Below are positions 46,622-55,979 of a stretch of DNA of 64,000 bases, piece after piece. The position numbers and the translations under genes were made by a program. Source of the stretch: an uncultured Gammaproteobacteria bacterium (lineage in GTDB: Bacteria > Patescibacteriota > Microgenomatia > UBA8517); contig CAZRJH010000001.1 of NCBI GenBank assembly GCA_964600575.1, positions 28,651-92,650 of the forward strand, in the 5' to 3' direction. The notes under the pieces were generated by a model that worked only from the letters and a program-made list of their open reading frames with translations, was not told the DNA's origin and made no database searches. Each line of letters opens with the position of its first letter. Positions within the stretch are counted from its first letter, which is position 1.

Positions 46622-46765
46622 ATGTCAGAAGATAGCAAAGTGTTTTTAGACGGGGAACATGCAAACCGGGAACATAAAAATTTAAAACGCATCGAGGTTG
46701 TTTTGTATAAACCCAAAGCCTTCGACAGACAAGCGATGGAAACACCACTGCTTTATTTAAAGTAA
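46622..46765 (+). CDS. Possible 47-aa protein (absent from ORF track)
   Basis: MSEDSKVFLDGEHANREHKNLKRIEVVLYKPKAFDRQAMETPLLYLK; TGn-TATAAT 8 nt before ATG. Confidence 0.4.
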   Translation: MSEDSKVFLDGEHANREHKNLKRIEVVLYKPKAFDRQAMETPLLYLK

Positions 46766-46784
46766 GCGGGATTGACGAGACTCG
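46765..46784 (-). repeat. 20-bp direct repeat of the tRNA-Asp 3' end
   Basis: AGCGGGATTGACGAGACTCG identical at 46765 and 46849. Confidence 0.85.
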
Positions 46785-46850
46785 CGATGCACAACACGAA
46801 GTACCGCTATACGCATTATCTAGACAAGTCGATAATGCGAATGAAACGAG

Positions 46851-46924
46851 CGGGATTGACGAGACTCGAACTCGCAACCTCTTCCGTGACAGGGAAGCGC
46901 TCTAGCCGATTGAGCTACAACCCC
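46851..46924 (-). tRNA. tRNA-Asp(GTC)
   Basis: Reverse complement GGGGTTG...CTTCC-CTGTCAC-GGAAG...GCGAG-TTCGAGT-CTCGT-CAATCCC-G. Confidence 0.93.
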
Positions 46925-47118
46925 AAGAGTAACTTGGGTATACAAGGCAACTCTGCCTTGAGAATGCTATTTTACTATTTATTTTTCTTCTTAGCCAGCC
47001 ATTTTGACTTAACTGTAGCTATCTGACATTTGTAGGCTTTTTGGCAAACCTGACTCTTACGATAATTTTTGCCGAACCGGTGACAATCGCCGCTAAATCC
47101 ATCTTAAACATTTAGCAA

Positions 47119-47165
47119 TAACCCGCCTGGGCAAGGTAATTTTTATACCCGGCGGGTTTTATTTT
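47119..47165. terminator. GC-rich hairpin with T-tract
   Basis: AACCCGCCTGGG...CCCGGCGGGTTTTATTTT. Confidence 0.6.
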
Positions 47166-47180
47166 GGTTAATAGTTTAAT

Positions 47181-47241
47181 CCTATAACTTGATATCTGTA
47201 CCCCAAAATGTTACTATTCAGCCTTGGTTTAATTGCACATT
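47181..47241 (+). promoter_or_regulatory. Accessory-type leader: CCTATA, TTGATA-17-TACTAT, GCACATT
   Basis: Direct reading. Confidence 0.72.
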
Positions 47242-47269
47242 CCCAAAATTACGCGAAAGGAGCATTTCT

Positions 47270-48304
47270 ATGCTCAAGAGAATTTTGATCTTAGTTTTTG
47301 CAATGTCACTTTTGCTCACCGCCTGTGGCGGGCAAAGCACCATCGGTGCCGTGAATCCGGAAGGATGCACCTATGAATATAGCGGCACCTTTTACGGCGT
47401 AAACGTTGACGCGCTCGAGCTCAAAGTGACCTCCCATGCAAACTGGGTCCAGGACGAAGACCAGCCAGAGTATTGGAACCTTGTTCCGGACAATGATGCC
47501 CAGTGGGTTAACTTTGTATCCCAGTACAACAACACCGTTGACAAGCTCAATGCCGGGCTTTCCCTTCTCTTTGTTGATGACGAATTCCTGCAGGGAGCCT
47601 CGTACTACCGTATGGACTTGGAGCCTCCGGTGCTTGATACCAGCAGTCGCCGTGAATGTCCCAATCCCGACAACTACGGTTACGGGTGGAACCATTGGAC
47701 AGTCGGCCTTCCTTTTGAAGAAATGGAAGATAACGGCTATGTTACAACCACCAGAATCGGTGACACAACGACCTTTGTAGAAGTGAAGTCTGCCAAAAAT
47801 AGTGTGGTGAATTATTCATTCCCCACCACCTATTTAGAAACAATCTACAGCTACGCTTTCGGTCGCGCCGAAGAGGTGTTGACGCTCGAACCCGAGTATG
47901 TGGAAATTCCGCGCCCGGACATGCCCGACGGCTTAACCTATTCACAAGCAATGCTTGAACAAATGGTCAATGCCGACGCAGAAGGCCGCGAAGCAGTCTC
48001 TTTCACTTTGAACATCGAGGACTTTGAGGGCCGCGCTCAACTCAAACCGGTGATAGCAAAAGGTATCGAACTTGCCGCTTCTCAAGAAGGGTATCCGGTG
48101 CTTGCAACTATCCACGCTATGATGAGTAGTGGACAACGCCAGATTGCCTATGCGAGCATGCACGGCAGTTTCTCGATCCGGGGAGCTTTCTTCCTTGGTA
48201 TTGGCGGAGTCAGCGGTGGCGGTTATATCGACGGTCAGGCCGGCAGCAATGCCTGGTTTGAAGACGTTATCAAAGCGTCCGTTTATATCACACCACAGCC
48301 GTAA
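47270..48304 (+). CDS. Acidic hypothetical lipoprotein (accessory locus F)
   Basis: AAGGAG SD; MLKRILILVFAMSLLLTA-C lipobox; higher GC than neighbours. Confidence 0.8.
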   Translation: MLKRILILVFAMSLLLTACGGQSTIGAVNPEGCTYEYSGTFYGVNVDALELKVTSHANWVQDEDQPEYWNLVPDNDAQWVNFVSQYNNTVDKLNAGLSLLFVDDEFLQGASYYRMDLEPPVLDTSSRRECPNPDNYGYGWNHWTVGLPFEEMEDNGYVTTTRIGDTTTFVEVKSAKNSVVNYSFPTTYLETIYSYAFGRAEEVLTLEPEYVEIPRPDMPDGLTYSQAMLEQMVNADAEGREAVSFTLNIEDFEGRAQLKPVIAKGIELAASQEGYPVLATIHAMMSSGQRQIAYASMHGSFSIRGAFFLGIGGVSGGGYIDGQAGSNAWFEDVIKASVYITPQP

Positions 48305-48321
48305 TTTTTTTTGGGGGTTAG

Positions 48322-48360
48322 TGAAACCGTTTCTGATGAAAGTCCGAAACGGTTTTTTTG
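48322..48360 (+). terminator. Intrinsic terminator
   Basis: GAAACCGTTTC...GAAACGGTTT plus T-tract. Confidence 0.7.
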
Positions 48361-48388
48361 TGGCAAAAATCCTGTTGTATACTGAGGA

Positions 48389-50206
48389 GTGGCGGAGAAA
48401 AAGTATCTAAATAATATAGAAATCTCGGAACTTCTAAGGGATGTTGCTGCTGCCTATCAACTTAAAGACGCCGCAGGCGCTCGTTTCAAGATAATTGCAT
48501 ATCAACGCGCAGCAGATGCCGTTGAACACGCAACAAGCGAACTTAAAGATTTGTGGGACGACGGAAAACTTAAAGATATTCCGGGTGTGGGTGCAAGTAT
48601 TTCCGAACATCTTTCCGAGCTTTTTTCTACAGGCAGGTCCAAACATTTTGAGGAGCTTATGAAAGATCTACCAAAAAGCATGTTTGAGTTTATGAAAGTT
48701 CCCGGAATAGGGCCCAAAACAGCATACAAATTAGCTCACGAGCTTGGACTTAAATCGTTGAGCGATTTGGAGAAGGCCGCCAAAAAAGGAAGGATTGCCG
48801 AGATGGAAGGTTTTGGCGAGCAGTCACAAAAAGATATTTTGGATTCAATTGGAACAGTTAGAAAAAGAATAAAAAGACATCTTCTGCCTTACGCAACAGA
48901 AATATCGGAAAGGGTAATAAAATATCTTTTGGCCAATAAGGCAGTTAGAAAAGCCGACACATTAGGAAGTCTTAGAAGAAAAGTTTCTACAATAGGTGAC
49001 ATTGATATAGCCGCGGCAACCGAGGAACCCGATAAAGTGTTGGAATATTTTACTAATTTTCCCAACACCCAAAAAATTTTAGAAAAAGGGACAAGAACGG
49101 CTGCAATAATCTTACCGGGTGCGGTCCAGGTGGACCTGATGATAGAGACCCCCGACGCATACGGTTCATTACTACAACATTTCACAGGATCTAAACACCA
49201 CAATATTGCCCTTAGGGAGATGGCGCTAAAAAAGGGTTACAGTTTGTCCGATTACGGCGTAAAAAAGGTAGGAGATAAGCAAAGCTTGGACAGTCAGGGC
49301 CCTGGCAAATCCGAGAAGTTGATTAAATTTGATAGCGAAGAAAAACTTTATAACTTTTTTGGTTTGGACTATATCCCTCCCGAACTTCGTGAAGACAGCG
49401 GTGAGATAGATTTTGCAAGGGAGCATAAGTTGCCGCAACTTGTTCAGGTAGAAAATGTTAAAGGAGACCTGCAAATACACTCCAATTTTGATGTAGAAAC
49501 AAGTCATGATGTGGGTGAATCTTCTATGGAAGATATTGTAAAAAGAGCGGACGTAAAGAAATATGAGTATGTTGCACTGACAGACCACAACCCTTCACAA
49601 AAAGGTCATACAGCTAAGGACTTTGTGGAAATATTAAAAAAGCGTCGTGAAAAAATTGAAAAAATAAATTACTCACTCAAAAATATGAACATAAAAAATG
49701 TTCAGAAAGTTTTTAATAGCCTTGAAATCGATATAATGCCGTCTGGAGAGTTACCCGTGCCCCAAGAAGCAATGGAACTTTTGGACTTTGCTTTGGTTTC
49801 TATCCATTCCAGTTTCGACGGAGAACGCGATGTTAATACAAAAAGAGTTTTAACTGCTTTGGCTAATCCAAAAGTAAAAATATTTGCACATCCAACAGGC
49901 AGAAAACTTAACGAACGGGAAGGTGTGGATCTAAATTGGCCCGAAATTTTTGATTTTTGTATTAAGCACAACAAGTGGGTAGAAATTAACTGTGACCCGA
50001 TGAGACTTGATCTACCCGATATTCTAGTAAGAGAAGGGGTAAAGCTTGGAGTTAAATTTACCCTTGGAACAGACTCGCATCATATAGACATGATGGACAA
50101 CATGCCTTACGGCATTACAGTAGCAAGACGAGGTTGGTTAGAAGCAAAAAATGTTGTAAACACAACTTCTTATAAAGATTTAGAACGTTTGCTTACAGAA
50201 AATTAG
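48389..50206 (+). CDS. polX: DNA polymerase X with PHP domain
   Basis: IPGVG, VPGIGPK, GSLRR..TIGDIDI, FTGSK.HN, PPELRE, PHP motifs HS, TDH, AHP, DSH. Confidence 0.94.
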   Translation: MAEKKYLNNIEISELLRDVAAAYQLKDAAGARFKIIAYQRAADAVEHATSELKDLWDDGKLKDIPGVGASISEHLSELFSTGRSKHFEELMKDLPKSMFEFMKVPGIGPKTAYKLAHELGLKSLSDLEKAAKKGRIAEMEGFGEQSQKDILDSIGTVRKRIKRHLLPYATEISERVIKYLLANKAVRKADTLGSLRRKVSTIGDIDIAAATEEPDKVLEYFTNFPNTQKILEKGTRTAAIILPGAVQVDLMIETPDAYGSLLQHFTGSKHHNIALREMALKKGYSLSDYGVKKVGDKQSLDSQGPGKSEKLIKFDSEEKLYNFFGLDYIPPELREDSGEIDFAREHKLPQLVQVENVKGDLQIHSNFDVETSHDVGESSMEDIVKRADVKKYEYVALTDHNPSQKGHTAKDFVEILKKRREKIEKINYSLKNMNIKNVQKVFNSLEIDIMPSGELPVPQEAMELLDFALVSIHSSFDGERDVNTKRVLTALANPKVKIFAHPTGRKLNEREGVDLNWPEIFDFCIKHNKWVEINCDPMRLDLPDILVREGVKLGVKFTLGTDSHHIDMMDNMPYGITVARRGWLEAKNVVNTTSYKDLERLLTEN

Positions 50207-50247
50207 TAAGTGGTAAATTAATTTGCAGGTTTGTGTTAACATATCTT

Positions 50248-50832
50248 ATGCCTTTTTTAATTTTTGTAGGAATTTTAGTAATCGTTGGTCTTTGGCTTGT
50301 CGGTGAATACAACTTTTTTGCAACAGCTAAAACCAGAGTAGGCGCCTCCATTCAAGAAATTGGCAATCAACTCAAACGCCAGGCGGAACTTATTCCAAAC
50401 CTGGAATCTTCCGTTAAGGGTTACCTTAAACACGAAAAATCGATTTTTGATGAACTTACGGCTGCAAGAAAAGAAGTTGTGAGTGCAGCAGGAAGCGGGG
50501 ATTTGGACAAAATGGCCAAAGCCGGTGCAAGATTCTCCGAAATTTTACCCAGGATTCAACTGGTGGTAGAAAGTAACCCCGAAATCAAAGGTGTCCAGGT
50601 TGTTCAAGATTTAATGGGTGAACTTCGTGACACCTCTGATAAAGTTATGTATGCCAGACGGCTTCTTATAGATCTAACTGCTGACTACAATGTTAAAAGA
50701 GTTACTTTCCCGGGAAACTTTGTTGCGGGAATGTTTAAGTTTGGAGAGTTGAAAGGTTTAGAAACTCCTACCACGGGTGATTCATTTTCTGTCAGTGAAA
50801 ACGACATGAAAACGCCCAAAGTTAACCTCTAA
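50248..50832 (+). CDS. lemA: LemA family protein
   Basis: TM, YN, QLKRQAELIPNL..VKGY..HE, E..PE, FP.N. Confidence 0.92.
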   Translation: MPFLIFVGILVIVGLWLVGEYNFFATAKTRVGASIQEIGNQLKRQAELIPNLESSVKGYLKHEKSIFDELTAARKEVVSAAGSGDLDKMAKAGARFSEILPRIQLVVESNPEIKGVQVVQDLMGELRDTSDKVMYARRLLIDLTADYNVKRVTFPGNFVAGMFKFGELKGLETPTTGDSFSVSENDMKTPKVNL

Positions 50833-52038
50833 ATGGTCAATCCCAGATTCAATGAGTTAAGACGCAATAAATTTAATTTGTTTTGGTGCAGATTTTTTGT
50901 AGATCTAAATGCGCTCAACTCATTTGTACAGCTTTTTTATCTACAAAGAGGTGTGAGTGTTCCCCAAATTTACTTAACAGGAGTTGCCTGGTCGCTTGGA
51001 ACTTTATTGTTTGATATTCCCTCAAGTTACTTGGCTGATCGCTGGGGCCGAAGAAAAACTATTTTAACGGGAGTGATTGTAAATGTTATCGCCAATGCCT
51101 ATTTGTTTTGGGCGTATGGATTTTGGTCTTTCTTTTTGTATACATTTATTTTTGCAATTTCCTACTCTTTCTTTTTTGGCGTAGAAGATGCTCTTCTCTA
51201 CGACACTCTAAAAGAAATGAAGCAAGAAAAAGTTGTTATGAAAACTGCGGGCAAATATGCTTCCGCAGGTAGAATTTCTAAAATATTAGTTCCAATCTTG
51301 GGTATTTTTGTAGCAAAAGACTTGGCGCCAAGCCAATTTGATTTTCTGCTTTCTATTAATTTAATAAGTTCGATTGTGGCGGTTTATTTTGCCTATAAGC
51401 TTGTGGAACCAAAAAAGTTCGAGGAAAATCTAAAATTAAAATTAAGCGTGTTTAAAGACGGAATAAAAACCTTTTTGGAATCTAAAATATTAAGATCATT
51501 TGCTTTCAACAAGAGTTTAATATTTATATCCAGCTTTGTATTTTGGCGATATTACCAAAATGCTCTTTTGGAACGCGATTTTTCCGTTTTTTTGCTTGGG
51601 TTAATTTACCCTGTTAGTAACGCCCTCTTGGTAATGTTTTTTGTTTTGGCACCCAAAATAACCGAAAAAATAGAAAGGTTACATATAATAAACGGGGTAG
51701 CCTGGGTTGCTTTTGTTTCTTTGGTAGTCTTTATTTTTACCGAAAACACGCTTCTTTTGTATTTAATGTCGATTTCTATATTAACCGTCGCTACAATCAG
51801 AGACCCTTTATTTACCCAACAAATTCAATGGAGGTTAAAGTCTTACAATAGAGCAACCACAGGTTCTATTCTTGGAATTTTCAAAGGAGTGAGTGATATT
51901 CCGGTACTTTTACTTTCGGGATACTTAGCTACATTCGGGGGCAAGTGGGTTCTTGTGACATCTGTAATGCTGGCTTTAATTGTTATAATTTTCTTTGGAA
52001 TCAAAAAAGAATATATAATTGCGGAAGAAGAGAAATAA
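50833..52038 (+). CDS. MFS transporter
   Basis: DIPS..LADRWGRRK, ALLYDTL, RAT..S; about 12 TMs. Confidence 0.88.
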   Translation: MVNPRFNELRRNKFNLFWCRFFVDLNALNSFVQLFYLQRGVSVPQIYLTGVAWSLGTLLFDIPSSYLADRWGRRKTILTGVIVNVIANAYLFWAYGFWSFFLYTFIFAISYSFFFGVEDALLYDTLKEMKQEKVVMKTAGKYASAGRISKILVPILGIFVAKDLAPSQFDFLLSINLISSIVAVYFAYKLVEPKKFEENLKLKLSVFKDGIKTFLESKILRSFAFNKSLIFISSFVFWRYYQNALLERDFSVFLLGLIYPVSNALLVMFFVLAPKITEKIERLHIINGVAWVAFVSLVVFIFTENTLLLYLMSISILTVATIRDPLFTQQIQWRLKSYNRATTGSILGIFKGVSDIPVLLLSGYLATFGGKWVLVTSVMLALIVIIFFGIKKEYIIAEEEK

Positions 52039-52971
52039 ATGCAAAACATATACGAAGTTCAATCAGCCAACAAAATAAAAAGCGCTTTTATAGTGGCTTT
52101 CTTTTTGGTTTTTGTTTTTTTGGCGACTTTTGTTATTACAAAAGCCTTTGGGCTTTACATGGGCTATGAACCGGGGGGCTTGGGTTATTTTGGAATGGCC
52201 TTTATTATTTCCGGAGTTTCCAGCTTTATCAGTTATTACTTTTCCGATCAAATTGTTTTGGGTATTTCTGGCGCCCGGCCTGCAAGCAAAGCCGAGGACA
52301 AACTTTTTACTCAAGTGGTAGAAAATCTATGTATAGGAGCCGGAATACCCAAGCCAAAATTGTATGTTATAGAAGACACTGCAATGAATGCCTTTGCGAC
52401 AGGTAGAGACCCAGATCACGCAGTTGTCTGTGCAACAACGGGACTTTTGGCAAGTCTAAACAGAACCGAGCTGGAAGGCGTCATGGCTCACGAGCTAAGT
52501 CATATAAGAAATTACGATACGCGCCTAATGTCTGTAGTTTCGGTTATGGTTGGTCTAATTGCTCTTCTTGCCGATTGGTTTATGCGTAGTATGTGGTGGG
52601 GCGGTGGAAGAAGAGATAGAGATAGCGATAATAGTAGCGGGGCGATACTTATGGTTTTGGGAATAGTTTTTGCAATACTTTCTCCCATAATTGGCCAGCT
52701 TATTCAGTTGGCAATTTCCCGAAGACGTGAGTTTATGGCGGATGGAGGTGCGGTGGAGCTTACCAGGCAACCACAGGGTTTGATTAATGCTCTCCAAAAA
52801 ATATCCGCCGACACAGAGCCCCTTGAGGCTGCCAATAAAGCAACAGCCCACCTTTACATAATGAATCCTTTTAAAGGAAAGTCGCACGGCGCCGTAGGGA
52901 TGCTTGCGGGACTTTTTAATACTCACCCTCCTACCTCCGAACGTATCAAAGCACTTCAAAATATGCTTTAA
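52039..52971 (+). CDS. htpX: Zinc metalloprotease HtpX (M48)
   Basis: NAFATG, HELSH, SRRREFMAD, THPP..RI. Confidence 0.95.
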   Translation: MQNIYEVQSANKIKSAFIVAFFLVFVFLATFVITKAFGLYMGYEPGGLGYFGMAFIISGVSSFISYYFSDQIVLGISGARPASKAEDKLFTQVVENLCIGAGIPKPKLYVIEDTAMNAFATGRDPDHAVVCATTGLLASLNRTELEGVMAHELSHIRNYDTRLMSVVSVMVGLIALLADWFMRSMWWGGGRRDRDSDNSSGAILMVLGIVFAILSPIIGQLIQLAISRRREFMADGGAVELTRQPQGLINALQKISADTEPLEAANKATAHLYIMNPFKGKSHGAVGMLAGLFNTHPPTSERIKALQNML

Positions 52972-52989
52972 GTCGGGTATTATTAGGGC

Positions 52990-53301
52990 ATGGCCAAGCT
53001 AACAAAAAGCGATGTGTTACATGTTGCAAATCTTGCCAACTTAAAACTCACAGACGAAGAAATTTCTACATTTTTTCCCCAGCTTTCTAATGTTGTCGAA
53101 TTTATTGGGCAACTTAACGAGGTGGATACCAACGAGGTAGAACCAACTAGCCAGACAACGGGTTTGGAAAATGTATTAAGAATAGATGAGCCGGACGCAA
53201 CAATTTGTTTACCCCAGGAAAAGGCTCTCAGCGGAACAAACTCGACTTATAACGGTTTGTTTAAAGTAAAAGCGATACTTAGCGAAAGGAGTAATAAGTA
53301 A
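52990..53301 (+). CDS. gatC: Asp/Glu-tRNA amidotransferase subunit C
   Basis: V.HVANLANL, LNEVDT..VEPT, NVLR.D. Confidence 0.92.
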   Translation: MAKLTKSDVLHVANLANLKLTDEEISTFFPQLSNVVEFIGQLNEVDTNEVEPTSQTTGLENVLRIDEPDATICLPQEKALSGTNSTYNGLFKVKAILSERSNK

Positions 53302-53303
53302 AC

Positions 53304-54716
53304 TTGTCTATGACAAAAATGAAACTTCCGTTAACAATTGACGCGACCCACGAAGGGTTAAAGAAGAAAGAGTTTTCAGCCGTAGAGTTGGTTGAATCAT
53401 ACTTGGAGCAAATCAAAAAACATAACGGCGAGTACAATATTTTTCTTACAACTACCGATGAGATTGCTCTAAAAAAAGCAAAAGAGATTGATGATCTGGT
53501 TGCGGGTAACCCTAATGTTTTCGAGGAATTTCCGCTTTTGGGTGCAGTTACTTCGTACAAAGATATTTTTATGACGGAAGGGGTTAGGACTACCGCCTCC
53601 TCCAAAGTTTTAGAAAGTTATATCCCCCCTTATTCGGCAACCTCCGTTAAAAAAATGGAACACGCAGGAACCATAATGATAGGAAAAACAAACAACGACG
53701 CTTGGGCACACGGAGCCAGCGGAGAAAATAGTGATTTTGGCGCAACCAAAAACCCTTGGAACAAAGAATTTGTACCGGGGGGCAGCAGCAGCGGCTCTGC
53801 GGCTTCCCTTAGTGCCAATATGAGCCTGATTTCGTTGGGAACCGATACTGGCGGCTCCGTTAGGCAGCCCGCTAATTTTTCCTATTTGGTAGGCCTAAAG
53901 CCAACTTACGGCGCAATCTCTCGTTACGGCGTTATTTCTATGGCGTCCTCACTGGATACTGTAGGAGAATTCGGGCGTAGCGTTTCTGATGTGGGAAAAA
54001 TGTTCGATGTTTTAAAGGGCGAGGACGGATTTGATGCAGCCGTTAAAAACGCAGATTTTATTCAATCTAAACCAAAGTACAAAATCGGAATTGCAAAAGA
54101 ATATTTTGGAACGGGATTAAATAAAGAGGTAGAAAAAAACATAGATGAGGTCAAAAAAGTTTTCCAAAGTCTTGGTATCGAGTTTGTTGAAATCACCTTA
54201 CCACATACAAAATATGCGGTACCTGTTTATTATATTGTTCAGCCCGCCGAAGTTTCTTCTAACTTAGGAAGGTTCGACGGAATACGCTATGGTAACGGCA
54301 GAGAGTCGTTTGGCCAGGAGGCAAAACGAAGAATAATGTTAGGTACTTACGTTTTATCTTCGGGCTACTACGACGCATATTATCTTAAAGCACAAAAAGT
54401 GAGGTCAAAGTTAATCGATGACTTTGACGCCGCATTTAAGGAGGTCGACGCAATTTTGTCACCAGTTTCTCCGACCCCTCCTTTTAAAATAGGAGAAAAT
54501 TCATCGGACCCTTTGGCTATGTATTTGGCGGATGTTTATACCTGTGCAGTTAATCTTGCCGGTATTCCTTCTTTGGCTATTCCTAGCGGTTTTACAGAAA
54601 ACAAACTTCCTTTAGGTTTCCAGCTCATAGGCCCCAGATTTTCGGAACCTTTGCTGTTTGACTTGGGTAAGACTTATCAAAAAGAAACTGAATACAAACC
54701 CGAAGTAGCATTCTAA
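53304..54716 (+). CDS. gatA: Asp/Glu-tRNA amidotransferase subunit A
   Basis: KD, PGGSSSGSAA, GTDTGGSVRQP, KRRIMLGTYVLS. Confidence 0.96.
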   Translation: MSMTKMKLPLTIDATHEGLKKKEFSAVELVESYLEQIKKHNGEYNIFLTTTDEIALKKAKEIDDLVAGNPNVFEEFPLLGAVTSYKDIFMTEGVRTTASSKVLESYIPPYSATSVKKMEHAGTIMIGKTNNDAWAHGASGENSDFGATKNPWNKEFVPGGSSSGSAASLSANMSLISLGTDTGGSVRQPANFSYLVGLKPTYGAISRYGVISMASSLDTVGEFGRSVSDVGKMFDVLKGEDGFDAAVKNADFIQSKPKYKIGIAKEYFGTGLNKEVEKNIDEVKKVFQSLGIEFVEITLPHTKYAVPVYYIVQPAEVSSNLGRFDGIRYGNGRESFGQEAKRRIMLGTYVLSSGYYDAYYLKAQKVRSKLIDDFDAAFKEVDAILSPVSPTPPFKIGENSSDPLAMYLADVYTCAVNLAGIPSLAIPSGFTENKLPLGFQLIGPRFSEPLLFDLGKTYQKETEYKPEVAF

Positions 54717-54719
54717 AAA

Positions 54720-55979
54720 ATGGCAAACATTTATTCCAGAATATTTAAAAAGTCTAAGTTCGGATATTTATGGGGGTCACAGATATTGTCTCAAGTAACC
54801 ATAAATATGATGAATTTTCTTTTGTTGGCAAAACTATATACAACCACAGGGTCCTCTATTGCCACCGCGCTTTTATGGGTTTCTTATTCTCTCCCGGCAC
54901 TCTTTTTTGGTCCGATTGGGGCCGCAACGGTAGATGTGGCATCACGCAAAAAAATGCTTATGTATACAAACCTTTTGCAGTCGGCGGCTGTTTTGATGTT
55001 TGTTCTTGTACATTCTCAAAACATTTTTATTCTTTATACACTTGTTCTTTTGTATTCGCTTTTAAATCAGTTTTACGTTCCTGCAGAATCGGCATACCTA
55101 CCCTCGACCGTTAGCAAAGAAGACTTGCCGCACGCAAACAGCCTGTTTTTTATGAGTCAGCAAGGCTCTTTAATTTTGGGATTTGGTACCGCAGGAATAA
55201 TTCAAAAGTTTTTAGGGTTTGATGGAGCAATGATACTTTGCAGCGTTTTTCTTTTTATAGCTTTTATCTGCACAACTTTTTTGCCGGAGGTCAAACCGCA
55301 AACGGAATTGCCGGGTAAAATTGAACACGCACTCAAAAAGTTTTTTGAAAGTATTTTCGAAGGCTACGACTTTATCAAAGAAAATAAAATTGTCTCTTAC
55401 CCTTTAATGCTTCTTTTGGGAATACAATCATGTCTAAGTATAATTGTAGTGAGTCTTCCCGTAATTGCCGTTCAAATTTTGGGTATATCCGTTAACTATT
55501 CCGGTATATCCATTGTTGTCCCTGCAGGTATCGGGGCAATGATAGGGTCTATTGTTATTCCCAGACTTCTGGCAAAAAAATGGAGAAAGATAAAAATTAT
55601 AGAAAATTCACTTCTTTTTATAACTGTTGCATTGTTGTCTATGACAATCGCGGTTCCGTTTTTACCTGTCTCTCTAAGAGTGGTCGTTACTCCGCTTTTA
55701 ATTGTTTTGGTAGGATTCGGGTTTGTGGGTATCAATATTCCCACACTAACCTTTTTACAGTCGGTTACACCTTCCTGGCTTTTGGGTAGAGTAATGGGGA
55801 ATATGTTTTTCTTTTTAACGATAATTTCGCTTTTCCCTGTTCTGTTTTCGGGAACAATTACCGAGATATTCGGAATTAGGACACTTTTGACTATAATCGG
55901 ATTTGGGGCTTTGGCCGTTTACATTTTTTCCAGGAAAAACGGTAGTAAATTTATAAAGGAGGAATTCACAAATGGCTGA
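54720..55979 (+). CDS. MFS transporter
   Basis: PAESAYLP.V..DL..ANSL, LQ..TP..LGRV; about 12 TMs. Confidence 0.88.
   Translation: MANIYSRIFKKSKFGYLWGSQILSQVTINMMNFLLLAKLYTTTGSSIATALLWVSYSLPALFFGPIGAATVDVASRKKMLMYTNLLQSAAVLMFVLVHSQNIFILYTLVLLYSLLNQFYVPAESAYLPSTVSKEDLPHANSLFFMSQQGSLILGFGTAGIIQKFLGFDGAMILCSVFLFIAFICTTFLPEVKPQTELPGKIEHALKKFFESIFEGYDFIKENKIVSYPLMLLLGIQSCLSIIVVSLPVIAVQILGISVNYSGISIVVPAGIGAMIGSIVIPRLLAKKWRKIKIIENSLLFITVALLSMTIAVPFLPVSLRVVVTPLLIVLVGFGFVGINIPTLTFLQSVTPSWLLGRVMGNMFFFLTIISLFPVLFSGTITEIFGIRTLLTIIGFGALAVYIFSRKNGSKFIKEEFTNG

Noticed and set aside
46617-47026. ORF-track entries 46617-46877 and 46772-47026
   Set aside because: They overlap tRNA-Asp and its repeat; no coding signal
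48322-48356. Hammerhead-like core CTGATGA...GAAAC
   Set aside because: No stem I and no pairable stem II (AAGTCC); a simple terminator hairpin with T-tract explains the sequence
48389-50206. PolX-PHP as a novel repair or defence system
   Set aside because: Well-known family with ordinary motifs and housekeeping context
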